A DNA stretch of 64,000 bases, taken from NCBI GenBank assembly GCA_028284705.1, contig JANQRE010000009.1, positions 1,600-65,599 on the forward strand. The letters are read 5' to 3'. The notes beneath the pieces were generated by a model. The model had not been told where the DNA came from and searched no databases. It saw only the letters and a list, made by a program, of their open reading frames with translations. The position numbers were made by a program, and so were the translations under genes. The DNA comes from Paracoccaceae bacterium (GTDB taxonomy: Bacteria > Pseudomonadota > Alphaproteobacteria > Rhodobacterales > Rhodobacteraceae). This document shows, one piece after another, positions 20,471-28,072 of the stretch (positions are counted from its first letter, which is position 1; each line of letters begins with the position of its first letter).

Positions 20471-22657
20471 TCAGGCGGCCTTCGCCGGGTCGAAACGGCC
20501 GTAGAAGGTCTGGTTCTTGTTGGCCATGTCTTCCAGCAGATCGGGCGCCTTGAACCGGTCGCCGTGCTTCTCGGCCAGCCCATTGGTGACTTCCGCCGCC
20601 CAAGGCGCGCCGACCATGTCGAGCCAGGAAAGCGGCCCGCCAGACCAGGGCGCAAAACCCCAACCCAGAATCGCGCCGACATCGCCTTCGCGGATGTCTT
20701 CCAGTACGCCTTCTTCCAGCGCGCGCACGGCCTCCAGAGTTTGTGCAAAGAGCAGGCGGTGCTGCACCTCGGTGACCTCGGGCTGATCTTCGGCGACCGG
20801 GTATTTGTCGCCAAGACCCGACCAGAGCCCGGTGCGCTTGCCCTTTTCGTCGTAGTCATAGAAGCCCGCGCTGGTCTTGCGGCCAAGGCGGCCCTCATCG
20901 GCCATCCAGAAAATGACCTCGTCGACGGCCTCATCAGGATACTCATCTCCCATGGCAGCCTTTGTCGCCTTGGCAATCTTCACGCCCAGGTCGATGGAGG
21001 TTTCGTCCACCAGTTGCAGTGGTCCCAGAGGCATACCGACCAGTTTCGCGGCATTTTCGATCAGCGCCGGTTTCACGCCTTCCTTCACCATGCGAATGCC
21101 TTCGTTGATGTAGGGAATGATGCAGCGATTGGCGTAGAAGAACCGCGCGTCATTGACGACGATGGGCGTCTTCCTGATCTGGCGCACATAGTCGAGCGCT
21201 TTGGCCACGGCCATGTCACCGGTCTCCTTGCCCTTGATGATTTCGACCAGCAGCATCTTCTCGACCGGCGAGAAGAAATGGATGCCGATGAACTGATCCG
21301 GGCGGACGGAGGCCTTGGCCAGTTCCGTGATCGGCAGGGTGGAGGTGTTGGACGCAAAGATACAATCGTCACCCACGATGGCCTCTACCTTCTTGGTCAT
21401 CTCGGCTTTCACGCCGACATCTTCGAAAACGGCTTCCACGATCAGATCGCAGCCTTTGAGCGCGTCTAGATCGGTGGTCGCGGTGATAAGCGAAAGTGTC
21501 TTTTCCTTCTTCTCCTCGGTCGCTTTCTTGCGCTGAATGCCCTTGTCCATATAGCGCGCGCTGTAGTCCTTGCCCTTGTCCGCGGCCTCCTGGTTCTGGT
21601 CGATCAGCACCACGTCGATGCCCGCCATGGCGGAGACCAGCGCGATGCCGGCGCCCATCATGCCCGCACCGAGAACGCCGACTTTTTTGACGGTTTGGTC
21701 GGCGACATCGGGGCGGTTCGCCCCTTTCTCCAGAGCTTCCTTGGAGATGAAAATGGAACGGGTCATGGCCGAGGAGGACGGGTTCATCAGCACATGGGTG
21801 AACCAACGCGCCTCGATCTTGATCGCGGTGTCGAAGGGCACCATTGCGCCTTCATAGACGGCGGATAGGAGCGCCTTGGCTGCGGGATAAACCCCTTGGG
21901 TTTTCCCATTAACCATTGCCGAGGCGCCGACGAAAGTCATGAAACCTGCCGGGTGATACGGCTCACCGCCGGGCATCTTGTAGCCCTTCGCATCCCAGGG
22001 CTTGACGATATCGGGCTCGGAGAGAACCCATTCCTTCGCCGCCGCCAGCGGGTCGTCCACGACTTCGTCAATGAGGCCGCCCATCTTCGCCTTCGCCGGG
22101 TTCGACAGCTTGCCTTCCAGTAGAAACGGCGAGGCGGCCATCGCGCCCATCTTCCGCGTCAGCCGCGTGGTGCCGCCCATGCCGGGGAAGATGCCGATCA
22201 TGATCTCGGGCAGGCCGATCTTCGCCTTCGGATTGTCCGCGCAGAAGATGCGGTGGCAGGCGAGCGGGATTTCCAGCCCGATGCCAAGCGCCGTGCCGGG
22301 CAGGGCGGCAGCAATCGGTTTGCCGCCCTTGTTCTTGTCGTCCATCCCTGCGCGTTCGATCTTGCGCAACACGGCATGGCACTCCATCAGGCCTTGCATC
22401 AGACCGGCAGCCGGATTGTCGCCCGCCATCTCTTTCATCTTTGAGATGACATTGATGTCCATGCCGCCGGCGAAGGAGCCCTCCTTGCCGGAGGTGATGA
22501 CAACGCCTTTCACAGCGTCGTCCGCAAGTGCCTGATCAATCAGAGCATCGAGGTCGCGGAACCCTTGCTCATTCATCACATTCATCGATTTGCCGACTGT
22601 GTCCCAGGTGATCACGGCCACGCCGTCGGCATCGGTTTTCATCGTAAAGTCAGTCAT
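20471..22657 (-). CDS. fadJ: Bifunctional enoyl-CoA hydratase / 3-hydroxyacyl-CoA dehydrogenase (FadJ/FadB type)
   Basis: 728 aa with an N-terminal crotonase fold, a central NAD-binding motif VGVLGAGMMGAGIA and a C-terminal 3HCDH domain. Confidence 0.9.
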   Translation of the reverse strand: MTDFTMKTDADGVAVITWDTVGKSMNVMNEQGFRDLDALIDQALADDAVKGVVITSGKEGSFAGGMDINVISKMKEMAGDNPAAGLMQGLMECHAVLRKIERAGMDDKNKGGKPIAAALPGTALGIGLEIPLACHRIFCADNPKAKIGLPEIMIGIFPGMGGTTRLTRKMGAMAASPFLLEGKLSNPAKAKMGGLIDEVVDDPLAAAKEWVLSEPDIVKPWDAKGYKMPGGEPYHPAGFMTFVGASAMVNGKTQGVYPAAKALLSAVYEGAMVPFDTAIKIEARWFTHVLMNPSSSAMTRSIFISKEALEKGANRPDVADQTVKKVGVLGAGMMGAGIALVSAMAGIDVVLIDQNQEAADKGKDYSARYMDKGIQRKKATEEKKEKTLSLITATTDLDALKGCDLIVEAVFEDVGVKAEMTKKVEAIVGDDCIFASNTSTLPITELAKASVRPDQFIGIHFFSPVEKMLLVEIIKGKETGDMAVAKALDYVRQIRKTPIVVNDARFFYANRCIIPYINEGIRMVKEGVKPALIENAAKLVGMPLGPLQLVDETSIDLGVKIAKATKAAMGDEYPDEAVDEVIFWMADEGRLGRKTSAGFYDYDEKGKRTGLWSGLGDKYPVAEDQPEVTEVQHRLLFAQTLEAVRALEEGVLEDIREGDVGAILGWGFAPWSGGPLSWLDMVGAPWAAEVTNGLAEKHGDRFKAPDLLEDMANKNQTFYGRFDPAKAA

Positions 22658-23622
22658 TTACGGGTCCTCTCTTGGATCTCTTTCAGGGTCACCAAACCTT
22701 CGGACAGTTTGGGGAACGAATAGGGAAACTGGTCATTCGAGACCGAATTGGTGATCGAGTACATCTTCCACGCAGTGCCCTCGCGTCTGAGGATCATGCG
22801 GCTGTCGACCGGTCCCAGGGCCATCTCGTCATCGACATAAAAACGGCACTTGTGGTAGCCGCAGATCGAGCTGCAGCTCAGGAATTCGGCATGCTCCGCC
22901 TTCCGCTCCATGCGCGTGAAGCCCTTCTCGCGGATCATATCGGTGATCATGGTGAAGAAGGGTAGGATGTCCTCGGGCGTGCCGATCTCGCTGTCGATCT
23001 GGTCCATATGTGCGTAATGGGGAAACGTGCAATGCGCGACCCAGGTGGCGAAATCGTTCTCCATGTTGCTGCGCGAGATCGTGTCGAGGAAATCCTGATA
23101 GAGCGACAGCGCGGATTGTGCCGAGCGGCGCGCATCCTCGGAATTGTCGATCTCCGCCCAGAAAGGCCGAGTGCCCGGCGTTACGCGTGGCATAGAGATC
23201 GGCCAATGTTTGTTCTGTAGCGACGTGTCGATCTGCGTGAATTGCCACAGCTCGCCGTCCCGGCGCAGGATCGCGCGGCAAGGATAAGCGGGGACCACAG
23301 GGATCGCGTTGCACAGCGTGTGGGTCATGTAGTGACCCTCAATGTAATCGTCGCTGAGATACTCCGCCGAGGTTGCCAGCCGGATGAAATGGTTCACACC
23401 TTGCGTCTGCAAAGACCTGTGGAAGACATCGAGCCCGGTGCTGACCTGCTCCGCGTTCTCCAATATGAATTCGGAGGTTTGTGTGCGCATATGCAGAGGC
23501 AGCGCGATATGGCGGCCAACCGTTTCACGGTCCGACCGCATGAACGCCTCGGAGGTCACATCAAGAGCCTCCTGAAAGACATCGCGCGCCTCGCGGCGGG
23601 TATGCGCCTCGATCTTAGTCAA
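22654..23622 (-). CDS. Hypothetical protein, internal tandem duplication of an NTF2/SnoaL-like domain
   Basis: 322 aa. The two halves align by eye (…CRAILRRDGELWQFTQIDTS vs …SRMILRREGTAWKMYSITNS). It shares an ATGA overlap with the fadJ start and an 8-nt overlap with the upstream cupin. Confidence 0.55.
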   Translation of the reverse strand: MTKIEAHTRREARDVFQEALDVTSEAFMRSDRETVGRHIALPLHMRTQTSEFILENAEQVSTGLDVFHRSLQTQGVNHFIRLATSAEYLSDDYIEGHYMTHTLCNAIPVVPAYPCRAILRRDGELWQFTQIDTSLQNKHWPISMPRVTPGTRPFWAEIDNSEDARRSAQSALSLYQDFLDTISRSNMENDFATWVAHCTFPHYAHMDQIDSEIGTPEDILPFFTMITDMIREKGFTRMERKAEHAEFLSCSSICGYHKCRFYVDDEMALGPVDSRMILRREGTAWKMYSITNSVSNDQFPYSFPKLSEGLVTLKEIQERTRK

Positions 23623-24076
23623 GCGCCGACCCGTCTTTTTTGGTGAAGTGATAGCCCGATGCGTCGATCCGAACCATCATGTCCTCATCGCTGTAATAGC
23701 CCACTTCGGTGTCGGTATGGGTGCCGACCACGAAGAACACGACATCTGCATCGCTTTTGTTCACCAGATGGTGGCCATTGGTGTCACCGGCAGGAAAGGC
23801 GGCAATATCACCGGGGCGCATCAGCGTCTCACCGTGATCATCAATCAGCGTGGCCTCGCCTTCCGTCACGATCAGCATCTCGTCCTGCTGCTCGTGCCAA
23901 TGGCGCAGCGAGGACAGCGCACCGGGAGGCAGCCGCACCAGATTGGCGCCGAACTGGGTGATCCCACCGGCTTTGCCTACGGCTTGCTGGCTGCGATCCC
24001 CTACGAGCGCGGCGCGGTGACCGGGATAGGACGAGCCGGTTTTGACCGGTATCTTGGACAGATCGACCTTGGGCAT
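23615..24076 (-). CDS. Cupin-domain protein
   Basis: ORF 23615..24124. The start MPKVDLSKIP at 24076 shares one base with the fadA stop (TGATG). The cupin motif is LRHWHEQQDEMLIVTEGEATL...GDIAAFPAGDTNGHHL. Confidence 0.75.
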   Translation of the reverse strand: MPKVDLSKIPVKTGSSYPGHRAALVGDRSQQAVGKAGGITQFGANLVRLPPGALSSLRHWHEQQDEMLIVTEGEATLIDDHGETLMRPGDIAAFPAGDTNGHHLVNKSDADVVFFVVGTHTDTEVGYYSDEDMMVRIDASGYHFTKKDGSALD

Positions 24077-25287
24077 CAGACGCGCTCGAGGATCGTGGCT
24101 GCACCCATGCCCGAGGCAACACAAAGCGTGGCAAGACCAGTTTCCTTGTCGGTCCGCTCCATCTCGTCGAGCAATGTGCCGATGATGATCGCACCCGTGG
24201 CCCCCAAGGGGTGACCCATGGCAATCGCACCGCCGTTCACATTGACCAGTTCCGGATCGACGTCGAAGGCCTGCTGGAAGCGCAGCACAACCGAGGCAAA
24301 AGCCTCGTTCACCTCAAAGAGGTCGATATCGCTGATCTTCATGCCCGAGCTTTTCATGATGTGCTCGGTGACTGGCACCGGACCGGTCAGCATGATCGTC
24401 GGATCGGTGCCGATCTTGGCAGTTGCTTTGATGCGTGCGCGGGGTTTCAGACCGTTCGCCTTGCCAAACTCCTCATTGCCGATCAGAACCCCAGCCGACC
24501 CATCGACGATGCCTGACGAATTCCCCGCATGGTGGATGTGATTGATCCGCTCCAGATGCGGGTATTTCATCAGCGCGACCTTGTCGAAGCCCGGCATCAC
24601 CTCGCCCATATCCTTGAAGGAGGCTTTCAGGCTTCCGAGCGACTGCATGTCCGTGCCGGGCCGCATGTATTCGTCGCGGTCCAGGATTGGCAGACCGTTC
24701 TGGTCTTTCACCGTGATGACGGATTTCTCGAACCGCTTGTCCTCCCAGGCCTCAGCTGCGCGTTTCTGGCTTTCCACCGCAAGACTGTCGGCATCATCGC
24801 GGGAAAACCCGTATTCGGTTGCGATGATGTCGGCGGAGATGCCTTGCGGCACGAAATAGGTCTCCATGGCGATAGAGGGGTCCACGGCAATCGCCGCCCC
24901 GTCCGAGCCCATCGGCACGCGCGACATGCATTCCACACCGCCTGCGATATAGGCATCACCCGCCCCGCCTTTGACTTGGTTAGCCGCGAGGTTCACGGCT
25001 TCCATGCCCGAGGCGCAGAAGCGATTGATCGACAGCCCCGGGATTTTCTCGTCAAGATCGGAGGCCAGCACGGCCGTGCGTGCCAGACAGCCGCCTTGCT
25101 CTTTCACTTGTGTGGCGTTGCCCCAGATCACGTCCTCGACCGCGTGACCTTGCAGATCGTTCCGTTCCTTCAACGCATTCAACACGTTAGCGGACAAGCG
25201 CGCCGCCGTGATTTCATGCAAAGAGCCGTCTTTGCGGCCTTTGCCGCGCGGGGTGCGAACGGCGTCATAGATATAGGCTTCAGGCAT
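24076..25287 (-). CDS. fadA: Acetyl-CoA C-acyltransferase (3-ketoacyl-CoA thiolase)
   Basis: 403 aa with the active-site Cys context NRFCASG and the C-terminal motifs NVNGGAIAMGHPLGATG and CVASGMG. Confidence 0.92.
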   Translation of the reverse strand: MPEAYIYDAVRTPRGKGRKDGSLHEITAARLSANVLNALKERNDLQGHAVEDVIWGNATQVKEQGGCLARTAVLASDLDEKIPGLSINRFCASGMEAVNLAANQVKGGAGDAYIAGGVECMSRVPMGSDGAAIAVDPSIAMETYFVPQGISADIIATEYGFSRDDADSLAVESQKRAAEAWEDKRFEKSVITVKDQNGLPILDRDEYMRPGTDMQSLGSLKASFKDMGEVMPGFDKVALMKYPHLERINHIHHAGNSSGIVDGSAGVLIGNEEFGKANGLKPRARIKATAKIGTDPTIMLTGPVPVTEHIMKSSGMKISDIDLFEVNEAFASVVLRFQQAFDVDPELVNVNGGAIAMGHPLGATGAIIIGTLLDEMERTDKETGLATLCVASGMGAATILERV

Positions 25288-25627
25288 TGGGGATGTCCTC
25301 CATCAAGTTCAGAACCCCGATCCAGGTGGCGACACTGGCGAGCAGTGCGGCGATCCCGAGGGGCATTTTGTAAGGGGCCAGCGCGGGCAGGCGCGGGCTG
25401 AGATCAGAATTGCGAAACATAATCACGGCAGCGGCGGTGAGGCCGGGGATGACGATTCCAAGCCCCCAGGTGCCGCCCATCAAAAGCATGCCAAAGGCGC
25501 ACCAGGCTGCAAATTGGGTAACTGCACTGCCGAACTTGTCAGTTACCCGCGCGACATCTTCGGCGCGGATGATCCGCAGCGCCAGGGCGCACAGCACCAT
25601 GCCGATGAGGAAGGCCCAGAGGATCAT
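25280..25627 (-). CDS. Small hypothetical integral membrane protein
   Basis: 115 aa with three or four hydrophobic helices. Its stop overlaps the fadA start by 8 nt. I recognise no family. Confidence 0.5.
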   Translation of the reverse strand: MILWAFLIGMVLCALALRIIRAEDVARVTDKFGSAVTQFAAWCAFGMLLMGGTWGLGIVIPGLTAAAVIMFRNSDLSPRLPALAPYKMPLGIAALLASVATWIGVLNLMEDIPNA

Positions 25628-25645
25628 GCGACCCTCCGGTCTGTG

Positions 25646-26131
25646 TCAGGTGCAAGAACAGCCGCCGCAGTCGCAGCCACCCGCATCGCAGGACGCGCAA
25701 TCAAAGCCCCCGATGCCCACATCGCCATCGCAGGGATTGATGTCCCACCCCTTCTTGGGGGCGGCACTAGACGTTCGCCCGACGCAAAGAATCCCTTCTG
25801 TGCAACCACAGTAGCTACAGGAATTGCAGCCCTCATCAAGAAAGCCATGTCTATCTTGTTTGCGTTTTTTCTTGTGCTTGTGTTCATCGGGCTTTTCGGA
25901 ATGAACCGCGCAATTGGCGCGCAGCGTGCGGCTCGCGGCTTTACAATCGCGAAACCGTTCCCGGATTTTGGGAATCGCGGCCCAGAGCCCGTGATCTCGG
26001 ATGGCGAATTTGACGTAGCCGGAGCACCCCGTCCCACCATGCAGAACCGAATAGGCGCATCGGAACCCTTTGCGCGGGGAAACGTACCTCTGGTAGACCC
26101 AAATGCCCCCAAGCGCCGTGCGTGCCAGCAT
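25646..26131 (-). CDS. YidD-like (DUF37) protein with basic linker and Cys-rich C-terminal extension
   Basis: 161 aa. The N-terminus VYQRYVSPRKGFRCAYSVLHGGTGCSGYVKFAIRDHGL fits the YidD signature YQ..iSP....C.f.P.CS.Y...A....G. A GGAGG lies 7 nt upstream of the ATG. The third codon position of the tail is G/C/T, consistent with real coding. The last 63 residues contain 12 Cys. Confidence 0.6.
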   Translation of the reverse strand: MLARTALGGIWVYQRYVSPRKGFRCAYSVLHGGTGCSGYVKFAIRDHGLWAAIPKIRERFRDCKAASRTLRANCAVHSEKPDEHKHKKKRKQDRHGFLDEGCNSCSYCGCTEGILCVGRTSSAAPKKGWDINPCDGDVGIGGFDCASCDAGGCDCGGCSCT

Positions 26132-26204
26132 GCAGATACCTCCTGCCCCCGACCGCGAACGTACGGATTAGGTTCGGTATTACAATATGTTGCTGGTTCT
26201 ATCA

Positions 26205-26831
26205 TCAGGCGGTGAGGGCTCTCTGCATCAGGTCATAAGGGTGTTTCCAACCCGGTGTTTCGCTGATCCGGGTCAGCCACGCGTCGATATTCGGCCAATC
26301 GGCGCGATCAAACCCGAAGGGCTCTTCGTAAAACAGGTAACCGCAGCAGGAGGTATCCGCGACGGTGATGTCATCGCCCACGATCCAGTCGCGACCCTCA
26401 AGATGCGCATCGAGAACCGCATAGGCAGCCTTTAAGCGACCTTGCGTGAAGGCGATTACCTCCGTGGGCCGTTTCTCTTCCGGCAGGAAGTTGGCGAGAA
26501 ACCGGGTCATACCGGCTTGGCTGGAGAGCTTGTGATTGTCCCACAATACCCAGCGGAGTACCTCGTACTTATCCGCCTGTGTGCCGCCGAGTTTTCCCGT
26601 CTTATCAACGACATATTGCTGGATCGCGCCGGACTGCGTCAGCTTCACATCGCGATCCACAAGAACCGGAACTTCGCCCATCGGATTGATGGCGCGATAG
26701 GTGTCTGACCGGGTCTCGCCCTTGAAGAAATCGACGAAGACCGGCTCCCAGTCGTAGCCGGACAGTTCCAGCGTCAGCGCGGCTTTGTAGGAATTGCCGC
26801 TCTCGCCGAAGCAATAGAGTTTCGCGCTCAT
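26205..26831 (-). CDS. Glutathione S-transferase
   Basis: 208 aa with an N-terminal thioredoxin-like fold (NPMGEVPVL, QSGAI) and a C-terminal alpha domain. Confidence 0.85.
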   Translation of the reverse strand: MSAKLYCFGESGNSYKAALTLELSGYDWEPVFVDFFKGETRSDTYRAINPMGEVPVLVDRDVKLTQSGAIQQYVVDKTGKLGGTQADKYEVLRWVLWDNHKLSSQAGMTRFLANFLPEEKRPTEVIAFTQGRLKAAYAVLDAHLEGRDWIVGDDITVADTSCCGYLFYEEPFGFDRADWPNIDAWLTRISETPGWKHPYDLMQRALTA

Positions 26832-27370
26832 TCCACCACCTGCATCGTGCCGATCGGGAATTCGACATCTGCGAAGCCGGGATAGACGGCTCGCAGGAGT
26901 TGCACCTGCTGTTCATTGTCGACGCGGATCAGATACCACTTGCCGTCATCCTTGAGTGCGAGGGTCGAGTTATTGCCCTCGACCTTGCCGACATTGGTCA
27001 CGGTCATCTTGGTGGAGGTCGGCACAATGGCGTAGACATCACCCGCATCGGTGACGCCCGAGGTGGCATCAGCCAGTGACATTTCGAATTCATCGACGGT
27101 GACGGTTTCCATCGCTGCCTTGGTTTGCTCGATCATGGAGTTCAGCAACACGCGTTCCTCGACCCCGGCCTGCTCGGCGATGAAGCTGAGCATGCGCGGC
27201 GGCATCGCGGTCATGACCTCCTCGAAATCATCTTCCCGGAAGGCGGTGTTGAAGGCCTCGATCCGTGCCTGCAAAGCCGCATTGTCGGCACCGCTGAGCG
27301 TATCCGCACTGACCGGCCCAGAGAGCAGCGCCAGACCCGCTGCCAAAGCTAAGGCTTTGAAATTGATCAT
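26828..27370 (-). CDS. Secreted hypothetical protein
   Basis: 180 aa with signal peptide MINFKALALAAGLALLSGPVSA. It has 4-nt overlaps with both neighbours. I recognise no family. Confidence 0.55.
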   Translation of the reverse strand: MINFKALALAAGLALLSGPVSADTLSGADNAALQARIEAFNTAFREDDFEEVMTAMPPRMLSFIAEQAGVEERVLLNSMIEQTKAAMETVTVDEFEMSLADATSGVTDAGDVYAIVPTSTKMTVTNVGKVEGNNSTLALKDDGKWYLIRVDNEQQVQLLRAVYPGFADVEFPIGTMQVVE

Positions 27371-27579
27371 CTCTTGCGCGCCTCCAATTCCGCATTGAAG
27401 AGCCTCAAACGATGCGTGAGGTTGTCTTCGTTCGTCACCGAGTTGAAATTCTCAAAGAGAAAGGAAATCGCTTCCCCCTCATCCAGACCGGCCTCTTTCG
27501 CAAACTTCTTGAGGTTTCGCCAACCGCGTTCGGTCAGCGCCAGGTTCACGCGGCGGGTGGGTTTGAATCGCTCGGCCAT
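27367..27579 (-). CDS. Small hypothetical protein, possible ribbon-helix-helix DNA-binding fold
   Basis: 70 aa. RRVNLALTERGWRNLKKFAKEAGLDEGEAISFLFEN has a strand-helix-helix pattern. Its start shares one base with the GFA stop (TGATG), and its stop overlaps the next start (ATGA). Confidence 0.4.
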   Translation of the reverse strand: MAERFKPTRRVNLALTERGWRNLKKFAKEAGLDEGEAISFLFENFNSVTNEDNLTHRLRLFNAELEARKR

Positions 27580-28028
27580 CAGGTTTCCTCGCTTTGATAC
27601 GAGACCAAAGTCTCGCCTTCGGGAATGACGGTCTCACGGTCGGGCAGGTCCGGCAAGTCCAGCGTCCAGCCCATGCGCGACTCGACGCCATAATTGTAAA
27701 GCGGGTCGAAGCTGGTGCCACGATCCAGGGCGCCCGCCATCAGCTCAATCACCTCACCATCATTGTCCGCCAGATAAAGTGGCGTGCCGCAGGCCGGGCA
27801 GAACCCGCGGACCGAGATGCTGGAGGAGGCCCATTCGCGGACCTCACCGGTGATGCTGAAATTCTGCCGGGGCACTTCTATCAACGGCGCAAAGGCGTTG
27901 CCGGTCGCGCGCTGACACATGCGGCAATGGCAGACCGAGGCTTTCGCCGGTCCGGCGGCGACGGTGAACCGGACCAACCCGCATTGGCAGCCACCAGAAA
28001 ACGCATCGTGATGAGTTGCTTCTGACAC
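27579..28028 (-). CDS. GFA (glutathione-dependent formaldehyde-activating / CENP-V) family protein
   Basis: 149 aa with a GTG start. The Cys clusters GGCQCG, CHCRMCQ and CPACGTPL are typical of the GFA zinc sites. Confidence 0.8.
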   Translation of the reverse strand: MSEATHHDAFSGGCQCGLVRFTVAAGPAKASVCHCRMCQRATGNAFAPLIEVPRQNFSITGEVREWASSSISVRGFCPACGTPLYLADNDGEVIELMAGALDRGTSFDPLYNYGVESRMGWTLDLPDLPDRETVIPEGETLVSYQSEET

Positions 28029-28049
28029 AAAGCCTCCCGGAGATCGGTC

Positions 28050-28067
28050 GGGCGGGTGGTCCCGCCC
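28050..28067 (-). terminator. GC hairpin after the acyl-CoA dehydrogenase gene (weak terminator or attenuator)
   Basis: GGGCGGG-TGGT-CCCGCCC lies 6 nt downstream of the stop at 28073. The transcript has no U-tract, so function is uncertain. Confidence 0.3.
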
Positions 28068-28072
28068 AAACC

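Noticed and set aside
25514-26215. Alternative ORFs overlapping the YidD-like gene (233 aa on the plus strand; 193 aa at 25624..26205 on the minus strand)
   Set aside because: Neither has a recognisable motif or a Shine-Dalgarno. The 25646..26131 minus frame carries the YidD signature, a GGAGG at the right distance and coding-like third-position bias.
27367-27579. The 70-aa RHH-like ORF as the antitoxin of a toxin-antitoxin pair
   Set aside because: The neighbours are a GFA-family enzyme and a secreted protein. Nothing resembles a toxin (no PIN, RelE, MazF, HipA or Doc features).
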